Source: Octopus sinensis
Taxonomy: Eukaryota
Direction of reading: 5' to 3'
Assembly (NCBI RefSeq): GCF_006345805.1
Contig: NC_043010.1
Span: forward strand, 51,894,001-51,958,000
DNA length: 64,000 bases
Part shown: positions 48,785 through 60,801 of the stretch, in pieces
Position numbering within the stretch: position 1 is the first letter of the stretch
Layout: every line of letters starts with the position of its first letter
Translations under genes and position numbers: made by a program
Notes under the pieces: generated by a model
Databases searched by the model: none
Told to the model about the DNA's origin: nothing
Seen by the model: only the letters and a program-made list of their open reading frames with translations

Positions 48785-49449
48785 TAGAATCAAATGGACA
48801 GATCACAAGAGAGGGAGTAAGCAAGAGGGGTAGTAAGCAAGAGGGGTAGTAAGCAAGAGGGAGTAAGCAAGAAAGGGAGTAAGCAAGAAAGGGAGTAAGC
48901 AAGAGAGGGAGTAAGCAAAAGAGAGAGAGAGTAAGCAAAAGAGAGAGAGAGTAAGCAAGAGAGAAAGAGTGTGTATGAGTATGTGACAGACAGACAGACA
49001 TACAGGACAGAGGACAGTAAGCAAAAGAGGGAGTAAGCAAGAGAGGGGTTAAGCAAGAGAGGGGGAGTAAGCAAGAGGGGGAGTAAGCAAGAGGGGGAGT
49101 AAGCAAGAGAGGGAGTAAGCAAAAGAGAGAGAGTAAGCAAGAGAGAAAGAGTGTGTATGAGTATGTAACAGACAGACAGACAGACAGACATACAGGACAG
49201 AGGACAGTAAGCAAAAGAGGGGTTAAGCAAGAGAGGGGTTAAGCAAGAGAGGGGTTAAGCAAGAGAGGGGAGTAAGCAAGAGAGGGGGAGTAAGCAAGAG
49301 AGGGGAGTAAGCAAGAGAGGGGAGTAAGCAAGAGAGGGGAGTAAACAAGACGGGGAGTAAACAAGAGAGAGAGAGAGAGTAAGCAAGAGAGAAAGAGTGT
49401 GTATGAGTATGTAACAGACAGACAGACAGACAGACATACAGGACAGAGG
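48785..49449. repeat. Higher-order GAGTAAGCAA tandem repeat
   Basis: About 30 units of 14-17 nt built on GAGTAAGCAA, punctuated three times by a gagagaaagagtgtgtatgagtatgt..catacaggacagagg block. Confidence 0.9.
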
Positions 49450-49477
49450 CCAATGAAATTTTACTGAAGAGCTTTAC

Positions 49478-49628
49478 CTGTAGTTCAGCTTCTGATGGTG
49501 ACAGTCTGTTTGGATCAGGGGCTAGGGGCTTACCAGGTGACTTTGGAGTGCTGGGTGACTGTGGATGTGAAACGCTAGCATAAAGCAGGTAGACCAGAGT
49601 CTCTGTGATGTGTTTGTAACAATCCATT
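49478..49628 (-). CDS. NUP155: NUP155 exon
   Basis: MDCYKHITETL...HPQSPSTPKSPGKPLAPDPNRLSPSEAELQ (compare HPQSPSVPKKPGP). Confidence 0.92.
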
Positions 49629-50094
49629 CTGAAAAAACAACAAACACCACCAACGTAACAACCGGATTGCTTACACATTCTGTTAAAGTCAACAAATTCA
49701 ACATATACAATGGAACTTTTCTCTTAATGTAATCGTTTAACCTACTAGAAATAGCAACTTTATCACCCTCATATCATACCCTGCAGTCTTTAAAAAAAAA
49801 AGCATAAGAAACACATTGTACAGAATCAGTCTCAATAAAACATGGAACGACTATCATTGGTTTATCTTAGATCACAGATCTGCTCTAATCAAAGCTGAGA
49901 TGAGATTAATGAGGAAATTTCTACAGGTGTAGGAGTGGCTGTGTGGTAAGCAGCTTGCTTATAAACCACGTGGTTCTGGATTCAGTCCCACTGTGTGGCA
50001 CCTTGGGCAAGTGTCTTCTACTATAGCCTCGGGCTGACCAAAGCCTTGAGTGGATTTGGTAGACGGAAACTGAAAGAAGCCCGTCGCATATATG

Positions 50095-50136
<42 letters not shown>

Positions 50137-51250
50137 ATATGTTTGTCCCCCCAACATCGCTTGACAACCGATGCTGGTGTATTTACGTCCCCGTAACTTA
50201 GTGATTCGGCAAAAGAGACCGATAGAATAAGTACTAGGCTTACAAATAAGTCCTGGGGTTGATTTGCTCAACTAAAGACAGTGCTCCAGCACGGCCACAG
50301 TCAAATGACTGAAACAGGTAAAAGAGTAAAAGTTGCTTAACAAGCCAGAAATAACAGCTAAATTTCCCTCATACTGACTTAAAAGAAAAAGGAAGGACAC
50401 CTAAGATAACATAGTCCTAGATATAGTGAGTCTGAAAGGAAAAGAAAATATAAGACAAAGTGATCAGAGATAGATTGACTTTTATCATAAGTTAGCCCTG
50501 CAAGGGGTGAGCTAGCATTCTATGTACATTTTTATTGGTTCTAGGGTTATGAAGAACATGTTAGAATCAGATAGCAACATACATATGATGCAATGTTCAC
50601 ACCAATCCAAACACACAATCACTAAATCCTAATAAAATAATCTAAGTAAGATAATCAAAGTTCACAAAAATACCAAACGCACAATCACTTTGTTTAAATA
50701 AGATATATAAGTATGTGAGTGTGTGTGATTATGGTGTGACAGCCAGTGTTGGTTTGTTTACATCCCTGTAGCTTAGTGGTTCAACACAAAGACTGATAGA
50801 ATAAGTATCAGGTTTAAAAGTAAGTAATGGGCTCAATATGGTCAATTAAACCCTTCCAGGCAGTGCCCCAGGATGGCTGCAGTCCAATGACTGAAACAAG
50901 TAAAAGATCAAGCTGTTTACTCTGACTGGCAAGTACAACACCATTGGCCTACACAATGGATGAGAACAATGACGGTAAGTACATGGAATGATGACAAAGA
51001 GTAATTCTGCTTCATGAAAGATAGGCATGCCCCTCCAAAACTTGACAGATCACAGCAAAAAGTAGTTTCAAACATGACATTCCCCACTAAAAGATAGATT
51101 GGTATATAAAACTGCTTTCCACAGTTAAAACTAATAAAATTTTAAATTGGATATATCTGATTTCCATGGTGAAAATGCTAAACAGTTTGGTGTCAAAATT
51201 TTCAAAGCACTGACAGCAGGCAACCTGGTCACTGACACCTTTCCACTTAC

Positions 51251-51447
51251 CTGGCTTTATATGCTTGTTTGCCTTGGTTATCTTCTGGTGGCTCACCGTT
51301 TTTATGGAAATGGAGGGCAAAGTTCTGAGGGTCCCGTTTTTGTGCAATACATAGGCAGAGGTCTACTATTCCTGCATAATACTGCACAGAGCTTAACTGG
51401 TTGCACACAGCAGACAACTGAAGAGGCTGACTCACTGACTTGTATAA
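51251..51447 (-). CDS. NUP155: NUP155 exon
   Basis: LYKSVSQPLQLSAVCNQLSSVQYYAGIVDLCLCIAQKRDPQNFALHFHKNGEPPEDNQGKQAYKA(R); strong Nup155 match. Confidence 0.93.
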
Positions 51448-51494
51448 CTGCAAAGATATGGTGAATAGGAATTTTGTAACAAATTCATACATGA

Positions 51495-52135
51495 TTTACA
51501 TTCAACAGATATTTGTCCCCATCTTGTTTGTTGTTAACATGTTTCGGCTGATATACCCTCCAGCCTTCTTCTTCAGGTGTCTTGGAGAAATTTCAAACCT
51601 GGGTTCTCGTTCCTAAGGTATTCGCTGCCACCACTGCTGTTGTTGTTCAGGTCACAGCTTGGAATTGAACTCGGAATCTTGGGGTTAGTAGCCCATGCTC
51701 TTAACCACTACACCATATACCCATCAAATGTAAATAATGTACATAATTCCTCATCAGGTGTTTTGGGGAAATTCCGAACCAGGGTTCTCATTCCTAAGGT
51801 ATTCTTCAATATTATTATTATTATTATTATTCAGGTCACTGCCTGGAATCGAACTTCAGAATCTTGGGGTTAGTAGCCTGTGCTCTTAACCACCACACCA
51901 TATGCCCATGGCATAGTGGTTAAGAGCACAGGCTACTAACCCCAAGATTCCGAGTTCAATTCCAGGCAGTGACCTGAATAATAATAATAACACCAAAAAA
52001 TACCTTAGGAATGAGAACCCAGGTTCGAAATTTCCCCAGGACACTTGAAGAAGGCTGGGGAGTATATCAGCCGAAACATTGTGTTAACAACAAACATGAT
52101 GAGGACAAATATCCGACAAATGTAAATAGTGTAAA
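51495..52135. mobile_element. Three copies of a tRNA-headed element with a Penelope-like 3' part; two are head-to-head
   Basis: Head gtggttaagagc..gagttcaattcc; tail cttgaagaaggctgg..atatcagccgaaac..aaatgtaaat. Copies at ~51495-51724 (-), ~51745-51908 (-) and ~51908-52135 (+). Confidence 0.7.
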
Positions 52136-52177
52136 TAAAGTAGAGGATGGAATATTAAGAATTCACAAGCAACTTAC

Positions 52178-52255
52178 CATTAAGGCCTCTTCCAGTTGCT
52201 GTTTCTTCTTTATTTGGTCAGGATTCACTTTGGCAGCTTGTAGTAACTCTAAAGC
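52178..52255 (-). CDS. NUP155: NUP155 exon
   Basis: ALELLQAAKVNPDQIKKKQQLEEALM; ttttctag| and |gtaagt. Confidence 0.88.
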
Positions 52256-52339
52256 CTAGAAAACAGACAGATTTTACAGTTGTACTAACTACAAACACAT
52301 ACAATCATTTATAACTGCATATAATAATAATTATTATTA

Positions 52340-53915
52340 CAGTCCTTTTTACTGGAAGCACAAGACCTCAAATTTGGGGAAAGCGATTAAGTCGATTACA
52401 TCGACCCCAGTGCGTAACTGGTACTAATTTTATCAACCCTGAAAGGATGAAAGGTAAAGTTGACCTTAGCAGAATTTGAACTCAGAACATAGTGCGGAAT
52501 ATCATTAAGCATTTCATCCAATGCGCTAACGATTCTGCCAACTCACCATCTTATATAATTATGATCATTCTTTCTGCTATAGGCACAAGGCCTGAAATTT
52601 GGTATTTAATTTATTGACTTCAAAAGGATGACAGGCAAAACTGGCCTCAGTGGAATTTGAACTCAGAACATGGTGATGGTCGAAAGACCGCTAAGCATTT
52701 CTTCCAGCATGCTAAAGATTTTGCCAGCTCGCCACAAGAGCAGCCATTTTCGGAGAGGGGATGTGTCAATTACATCTACCCCAGTGTTCAACTAGTACTT
52801 AATTTATCAACCCCAAAAAGATGAAAGGCAAAGTCGACCTCGGCAGAATTTGAACTCAGAATGTAGTGACAGACAAAATACTGCTAAGCATTTCGCCTAG
52901 TGTGCTAACGATTCTACCAGATTGCCGCCTTTTTAATAACAGTAATAATCCTTTCTACTAAAGGCACAAGGCCTAAAAGATTAGGGGAAGGAGTTAGTCT
53001 TATACTTCAAATCGAGTGCTCAACTAATACTTATTTTATTACCCTTTAAAGAAATGAAAGGCAATTTTGGTAGGATTTGAACTAAGAACTGGAAGAAATA
53101 CCACTAAGCATTTTGTCTAGTTCAGTAATGATTCTACAGGTTAGAACAAAACTCAAAGAGGTTTGAAATTTTAATTAGTCAATTAATTGGATATTTCCTC
53201 TTGCAAATTTACAAGATGTGGTTTTCCACACCTAACATAAATATATTTCTTATACATATTGTATTTGATTCTAAAGAGTTGTAAATTTAAAACAGGACAT
53301 AAAAGAATTAACACCTTGATGACTTTTGGGCCATTCCATATCAACTTGCTACCTTAATAATAATAATAATAATCATTTCTACTATAGGCACAAGGTTTGA
53401 AATTTGGGGGAGGGGGATAGTCAATTACAACAACCCCAGTACTTGACTGGTACTTAATTTATCGACCCTGAAAGGATGAAAGGCAAAGTGGACCTAGGTG
53501 GAATTTGAACTCAGAACGTAACAGCAGGCAAAATACTGCTAAGCATTTCATCCAGCATGCTAAAGATTCTGCCAGTTCACCACCTTAAACAATAATGATC
53601 ATAATAATCCTTTCTACTATAGGCAAGTTCGGGGGGAAGGGGCAAGTCAGTTACATTAACCCCAGTGCTCAACTGGTACTTATTTTTTTGACTCCAAAAG
53701 GGTGAAAGGTTCAGTCAACCTTGGTGGGTTTTTGGCAAAGACTGATGAAATACCACTAAGCGTTTTGCCCAATAACTGTTTCTGATTTAGACAGAAGGGC
53801 AGCAATTGTGAGGGGAGGGAACAAATCAATTACATCGATCCCAATACTTGCATTTTATTGACCCCACAAAAAGACGAAAGGCAAAGCTAGCTTCAGTGGG
53901 ATTTGAACCTAGATT
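52340..53915 (-). mobile_element. Stack of about 7 co-oriented family-A-related SINEs filling one NUP155 intron
   Basis: Repeated ..gaccccagtg..tggtact..tttatcgaccc..aaaggatgaaaggcaaag..gaatttgaactcagaac..ctaagcattt.. modules separated by (AAT)n. Confidence 0.8.
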
Positions 53916-53979
53916 GTATAGAGCCAACAAGAGTCAGGGGGAGAAAAAAAGGAAAGGAAAGAAACAAGATGAACAGAAC

Positions 53980-54111
53980 CTTTGAACAAGTTTCATCGTC
54001 AGTGCTGTAGAGACGTGGACATATCTTCCTTAAGGTGCTACTCACAACATCAATGGTGGCGTTGTCATGTAAGTAGCGGTCAATCAGACTAGTTATCAGC
54101 GCATTACACAT
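53980..54111 (-). CDS. NUP155: NUP155 exon
   Basis: MCNALITSLIDRYLHDNATIDVVSSTLRKICPRLYSTDDETCSK (compare ICPLLYSTDDAICSK); weak donor |gttctg. Confidence 0.92.
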
Positions 54112-55113
54112 CTGTGAAAAAAAAAACAAATAACAACAATTAGGAAAAAGGCATTTAGTAGCACAGAGAGAGCAATTCAGATAAACCCTTTCGTTACCGT
54201 ATTTATTTTGAGATGCTCTGTGTTTTTTTCAATTACTTTAAATATAACAAAGAATTTAGTAAAATAACTTCGTTATCATTAAGCTAGTGTTAGGAATATA
54301 AATTGTGACCAAGGTTTGGTGGAAGATTTTAATTCAAAACTTATGAAAACAAGACATTTGTACTAAAGAGCCAGAGCCGGTTTCAGTTGGGTTGGTAATG
54401 AAAGGGTTAAAACAAGAAGAGAGGATTTACATTATTGAAGCAAGGAGAATAAAATACAATGCACTGCATATATAGCAAGTGTGTGTCCTATATGCGTGTG
54501 TGTGTGTGTGCTATATCTATTCGTGTATAAGTTGCACCTCTAATTTAGTGTTAAAACTTGGTGCAAATTTTTTTTCCTTTTATACTTTTAGCTTTGCCCT
54601 GTGTACAAGTTGCACCTTAGTTTTACAGTTGAAATGCAGTACAAAATAGTGTGGTTCATACACAAATAAACATGGTATACATGATGGACTTTGTACATTT
54701 TCCATCAATTAAATCCATTCAGAAGACATTGGTTGGTGCAAACCTGTACCAAAAGATATTTGCTCAAAATGCCACGCACTAAGACTGAACCTGAAACCAG
54801 GTGCTTACAAAACACACTGCTTGACTACAAAGCCACACATCATCATCATCGTTTAACGTCTTCCATGCTGGCATGGGTTGGACAGTTTGACCGAGGTCTG
54901 GAAAGTCAGCGGCTGCACCAGGCTCCAATCTGATCTGGCAAGGTTTCTACATCTGGATGCCCTTCCTAATGCCAACCACTCCAAGAGTGTTGTGGGTGCT
55001 TTTTACGTACCGCCAGCACAGGAGCCATTCAGGCAGCCCTGGCATTGACCATATTCGGATAGTGCTTTTTACGTGCCACCGGCATGAAAAGTAAACATGA
55101 ATTGGTTTCTTAC

Positions 55114-55173
55114 CTCACGTCCTGATACCACTAACTGCTTAAACGTCATTGCCTTGAGATGGGCCTGTTGATC
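55114..55173 (-). CDS. NUP155: NUP155 exon
   Basis: DQQAHLKAMTFKQLVVSGRE (compare QLKITTFKDLVIRDKE); tttcttcag| and |gtaaga. Confidence 0.88.
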
Positions 55174-56286
55174 CTGAAGAAATTAATAAGAGAATATAGG
55201 AATTGTTTAGAAACAAAAACACTGCAAAAAAGTAAAACTGGATTAGAAATAAAAACAAATTCACAAATTATACAATCAGGGTTTCAATTCCTGGGTCAGG
55301 CAGTGCATTGTGTTCTTGAACAAAGCACTTCATTTCCTATGACTCCAGTCCACTCAGCCGTATATGGGTTCCAGCAACTGCTGGGAAGTAAACTCTGCGA
55401 CAGACTAGCATTCTGTTAAATGAGGGGTGTTGCAACCTCAAACACTTAACCCTTTAGCATTCAGATTATTCTGTTAAACGTAATGCTCTTTCATTCACAT
55501 TGTCTTTAATCAACCATGCATTATCTCATAGCTTTCAAATTTTTATGATGTGACTGTCATGTATTGATAGTCACATGATAAAAATCACAAATATACAATG
55601 CTGTATATTTGTTTAAATAATTAAAAACCACCAGTCACATGGCAAATGTGAGTTCTATGTGGACTTGTCCGCTTTTTTTTCTTATATATAATACAATTAA
55701 AAATAAATGGGGACACACAATTGATTCCACTGCTACAGGGTCATGGTTGATATTGTTACCCCCTTCTCATACATTCTGCTTTTGGTTCTACTTCTGCTAT
55801 GGCGAGATAGAAATTCACAGTTTGCGGCTATTTGATCCTTGTTCCTATCCCCGTGCTTTTAAAATAAGCAAATCACAAAACTTGACAGTGATAGTATATT
55901 TTTAGAATGGCATTGAAGGATAGATGTAATAGGCTGGATCTGGCTGGTTAGAACATAAAACAAATAGCATGTTTGGGCCGGATATGACTGGTTTAAATGC
56001 TAAAGAGTTAAATGGAAACTAAGTCAAGCACTGGCCTTATGAGTCCTGAGGCTCATGAAAGATCTAAGAAATGAGAACAGAGAGATTGATCTAAGTTCTA
56101 CATCACCCACCTAGAATTACAATTCATCTCAGATATAATGAATCATAATAATTACCAACATCATCAACAACAAAATCTAACAGTCAAGACTGTCTACAGT
56201 GTATATGTAAGTATGCATGCAGGTACTTCTAAATACATAGACAAATTGTGTGTGTGTGTATCAGAAAGTGAGAGACAGACATTTAC

Positions 56287-56420
56287 CTGATTCAGTTCTC
56301 TGGCCAACATGTGGAACTGGTGATCAACTAAGACTTTGAGTAGACTGAGGACCTGCTCCACTTGGGTGATCAACTCTCGGACATTCTGTAAAGATGCTCT
56401 TTCAACATTCTGGCACTCAA
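56287..56420 (-). CDS. NUP155: NUP155 exon
   Basis: ECQNVERASLQNVRELITQVEQVLSLLKVLVDHQFHMLARELNQ (compare Nup155 EKISLQ...EHQF); GT-AG. Confidence 0.9.
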
Positions 56421-57234
56421 CTAGGGAAGAATAACGGATGAGATTTAGAATTATTTATAGGAAATACACATTTAAAACAATGGCAAAAGACATCAGAAAT
56501 GATGCATAGGTATAACATATAATAGACAGACAAATATATTGGTACATAGAACAATATAGACCAGTGCAGAGAGGTGGATGGGGAAAAAAAGAGACACAGA
56601 TGGAAGAGTAAGTCAGAAAACAGCACAGCTCCCAGGATTTTTCAGAAACATTTTTTCATGCTAAGAGTTGCTGAAGCATGGAACAAACTGCCAGCATCAG
56701 TTGTTAGTTATCAGAGACTGCATCCTTCAAAACTTCCATGCTTCCTGAGATTCGCCAACACTATACCTGATTTTCTCCCCTCCATACACACACAAGCATG
56801 TATCTGACTCATACATTGTTCACTTTCCAGACATTTGTATATTACTGCATATACTTTATATGCACTTTTTGACAAGTTGTGGTGCACCTGAGCACTGTAT
56901 ACAATAATTGCATTATTATTATTATTAAAACAAAATAGAGAGTTGGAAAAGCAAAAACAGACAGAAAAGCAAAGACAGACAGACGGAAAGGCAAACAAGA
57001 AAGACAGGTGGAAGGGCAAATGAAATAGACAATTAAAAGGGGTAAGAAGACAGACAGGTGTAAGGGCAAATGAGACAGACAAATAAATGTATAGCAAAGC
57101 CAGATAGGTGGATGAGTAAATGCATGGACAATCAAAGAATAGAGGTAAGCAGTGAAAGACAGAAAATTAGATGAATGGAAAAAGACAGAGACACATGAGA
57201 GAGAGACAGACAGACAGACAATGAAATAACATAC

Positions 57235-57326
57235 TTTGCCATTGCTTTCTTGTCTGTTCATCCATGTGGTGACCATCATAATGGGGGCCAGTCATTCTCA
57301 AAGTTGTTGGGTGCCCAGCTGTAGGA
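57235..57326 (-). CDS. NUP155: NUP155 exon
   Basis: (S)PTAGHPTTLRMTGPHYDGHHMDEQTRKQWQ; cttttcag| and |gtatgt; phases 2/1 bridge the neighbouring exons exactly. Confidence 0.8.
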
Positions 57327-58084
57327 CTGAAAAGCAATACAAAACATGATGATGACGACAGACCTAACAAATACCAAAATATACCAATAATGTTTGTCAA
57401 CAATACTAACACACAAGGTCAGAAATATTATACGGAAGGAGGTGAAGACATTTGCTCAAAACCCTTATTATTTACTGCTCTTTTACATCTCTACTTACAA
57501 ACTCTACTTTCTCTGTCGACCTTTTTGTGATTCCACTGCACCTCTCATGTGTCTATAGTCAACACTGAACACACCATAAGGAGTTTCTATCTACACCTTG
57601 TCTACATATAGAACAGGGCCATTTACCTGAAGGGATCATTGGGCTGTGTGTTTTCCTGCTAATTAGAACTTTAGTTGTTGCTAAGTTAACTTTAACAATC
57701 CTTTGACTTCAGGTTTTGTTTCCACATTTGGAATTTTAATTCTAATTCTACACTTTCTGCTGTAAGGAGCATTGAGGAGTTCCTATACAGTTAAATCTAT
57801 TGACCTCAGTACTTAACACATATTTTATTTTATTGACTTTGGAAAGATGGAAAGCAACATCATCCATGCCGGGATTTGAACTCACACTGTAAAATGACAA
57901 AACTAAACACAAGGTATTTTCCCTGCTGCTCTATTAATTATATATATTAACTAATATATACTAGATTCAGTGAACTTTTATTAATTGAATAACTGTGATT
58001 GTCTTTTTGAATATTTAAATATTTTTTTTCCACTGAATCAGATAAATAAGGGTAGGACAAGAGGATACATTATATGTATGTGTG

Positions 58085-58119
<35 letters not shown>

Positions 58120-58420
58120 AAGTGAGTGTGTGTAAGAGAGAAAGAGGGAGAGAGAAAAGTGAATATGTGAAAGAGAGAGAGAATGTGTGAGAGAGAGAGA
58201 AAGTGAGTGCATGAAAGAGGGAAAGAGGGAGAGAGAAAAGTGAATGTGTGAAAGAGAGAGAGAGAATTTGTGTGAAAGAGAGAGAGAATGTGAGTGTGTG
58301 AAAGTGAGAGTGTGTGTGTGTGAAAAGAGAGAGAGAGTATGTGTGTGTGTGAAAAGAAAGAGAGAGTATATGTATGTGTGTGTGTGTGTGTGAGAGAGAG
58401 AGCATATAAAACTGACTTAC

Positions 58421-58533
58421 CTGTCGGCTGCTAAAGGTGAATCAAGTCGGGAGTTGAAATCTATGAAGTCTGAGACATTGCGCACCAGAATTGAGGTGTG
58501 CTGTAGTTGCTCACTGGTGAACTTGCATACTAG
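58421..58533 (-). CDS. NUP155: NUP155 exon
   Basis: LVCKFTSEQLQHTSILVRNVSDFIDFNSRLDSPLAAD; ctttgtgcag| and |gtaagt; phases 0/2. Confidence 0.85.
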
Positions 58534-59132
58534 CTGCACAAAGGAAGGAACAAACAAACGGTATAAATATACAGAACATTCAGAGTAGCCCACCGCGCGC
58601 GCGCGCGTGCGTGTGTGTGTGTGTGCTCCTGTCTAGACATGACATGATGGTTGTAAACAAGCATCACCCTCATACAAGTCAGAACATGGGGAAAAAAATA
58701 ATACCATGCTAGGAAACAGGTGAGGGTTGGTGACAGGAAGGGCATCCAGTCATAGAAAAGTCTGCCTCAACAAATTCCGTCTGACCCATGTTAGCATGGC
58801 CATTAAGACGATCGTGATGATAATAGGACACCCTATTCAAAACCAACAGGATCTAGGAGAGGAAAAGACAGACCAGGTTTGAGACCTGTGGAGAAAAGTC
58901 ACTGATGGCCAAAGGTTCCATACAGTCAAGTGATTAACCCTCTCTGACCTGGGCCCCGGTGTCTAACTTTATAATAGTTGCATAGACAGCTCAAGAGTAA
59001 TGATTGCAGGCAAACTAATGGACAGAATCACTAAAAAAAATTCAGGAGAATAACAGTAATAGGCCTACCACTTGGGATGTGTGACAAAAGATTGCCAGAG
59101 AATGGATATAGGATAAAATAAGAACAATAAGG

Positions 59133-59507
59133 AACAAGAGCACTCAGAGAGCACAAACCTCCACCAAAGCAACACCAACATCCTCTCAACGATTAGCTGG
59201 AGATGCTTTTTTAAAATGAGAATATCTGAAATAAACTCAACTGCTCTCACAAATGAGAATACTAAAACTGAACCTGACCACTCTCAAGAATTCAGTAAAA
59301 AAAAAAAAAGAAAACGGAAAAATTATCCATAATCTTTGACCGGTACTAGATTGATCCCAAGATCTAATTAGTTCATGTGCTAGTCACAAGGCCAAACATC
59401 CCTGGAAGTTTCATCCGAATCTATCCAGTAGTTCTTGAGATATCTTGTCCACAGACAAACAAACATGACTGAAAACAATACCTATGCCTTTGCTAAGGCC
59501 GAGGTAA
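59133..59507 (+). mobile_element. Candidate non-autonomous Helitron/Helentron-associated element
   Basis: Start aacaagagcactcagagagcacaaacctccaccaaagc; end agttcttgagatatc..acagacaaacaaac..gcctttgctaaggccgaggtaa. Architecture recalled from such elements, not verified by search. Confidence 0.4.
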
Positions 59508-59696
59508 CGAGTGAAGAATGAATACATAGTGCATGTGTTTATTTGGCAAGAAAAAAAAATGACCATCTTGGAAAATAACAATATCTGTTTCAACATACGA
59601 TTTCACATAAAAAAAAACTCGCAACACAAATTCATAAATGGAAGAAAAAAATAAAAGGGAAAAAAGAAAATGAAGCAACAAAACCTGTATACTTAC

Positions 59697-59763
59697 ATAA
59701 GTAATGGATTCACCATCAGTTTTACAGTGATATTCTGAGACTATATATTGATCCCAAATAGGC
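59697..59763 (-). CDS. NUP155: NUP155 exon
   Basis: (R)PIWDQYIVSEYHCKTDGESITY; tttcacag| and |gtaagt; phases 2/0. Confidence 0.85.
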
Positions 59764-60007
59764 CTGTGAAATATAAAATTGAAATATAGAATTGAAAGAG
59801 GCAGTGTAGTTAGAATAACCAGGCTTTTAACAACCAAATCAGCAACACATGTAATCTAATCACCATTTCAAATACCAAATCAGCACCATACTTACCCTTA
59901 TTGCTATTGAGGAAATTCTATTGAGGAAAGATTTTGAAGAAAAAAAATGTCTGATAAAACTGGAATTCTTACACAGAACTGAACTACACACAGTGAAATA
60001 ATAATAT

Positions 60008-60255
60008 GTCCATTCGAAAGATTTATAAGTCAGGTCACTATATGTAGTAGCGCTACCAATAATAATGTGAGATTTGGTACTACCTGCGGGCATTTTGAAA
60101 AAAAAAATCAAAAAAACTATGGAACAAAAATATAATGGTAACAAGTCCGTCCAAAGGATTTATAAGTCAGGTCGCTATATGTAGTAGCACTACCAGTAAT
60201 AATGTGAGACTTGCTACTACCTGTGGGCATTTTGAAAAAAAAAACTATGGTACTG
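60008..60255. repeat. Two-copy tandem duplication (~137-bp period) with internal hairpins
   Basis: gatttataagtcaggtc(a/g)ctatatgtagtagc..ctacc..taataatgtgaga..tactacctg(c/t)gggcattttgaaaaaaaa occurs twice. Confidence 0.8.
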
Positions 60256-60611
60256 TGTGGAAAAAAAAATAATAAACCCATGTGAAGGATTAAATAATTC
60301 TGTGTGGATCAAAAAAATAATTCTGGTTAGAAGGAAAAAAAATTAAGAATTTATATATTTAAAGCAAGTCATACCAGAAGATTTCAAATGTAAGCAGATA
60401 TCATCTGTTGAAACTGAAAACGAACCAGTAGCTTTGAGATATCAATGATGTGATTGTTTATTTTTAGAATGACATTGTAGGATAAGCATGAGGGGCCAGA
60501 TCCAGTCAGTTTGAACATAAATCAGGTAGAATATTTGGGCCAGATGAGGCTAGTTTAAATGCTAAAAGGTTAAATAATCAACTAAATAAAGTTGGGTGTC
60601 TTCGTGCTTAC

Positions 60612-60801
60612 CTGAGGATCCGTGACAGGTAGAGGCAGATGCCGTTGTGTTTGCCAGAGAAGACCACATCATGACCAGCAGCTGAGCATCGTCCCAATAT
60701 ACTTGAGTGGTAAGACTGGGAGAATGGTTGCTGCTGCTGCTGTTGAGGCTGCTGAGGATGTGGCTGAACCATAGGTGTGGAACTATGAATTGGTGCAGAC
60801 C
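60612..60801 (-). CDS. NUP155: NUP155 exon
   Basis: Encodes SAPIHSSTPMVQPHPQQPQQQQQQPF...HDVVFSGKHNGICLYLSRIL, matching Nup155 IVYSGKHNGICIYFSRI. GT-AG sites. Confidence 0.92.

Noticed and set aside
48732-49437. Leu/Ser/Pro-rich ORFs of 146-160 aa
   Set aside because: Translations of the GAGTAAGCAA repeat. Only 49478-49628 is a real exon.
51908-51985. tRNA gene (also heads near 7860-7930, 12355-12425, 17940-18005, 20095-20165)
   Set aside because: A and B boxes are present but no proper acceptor stem was seen, and each head continues into a repeat body; these are SINE heads.
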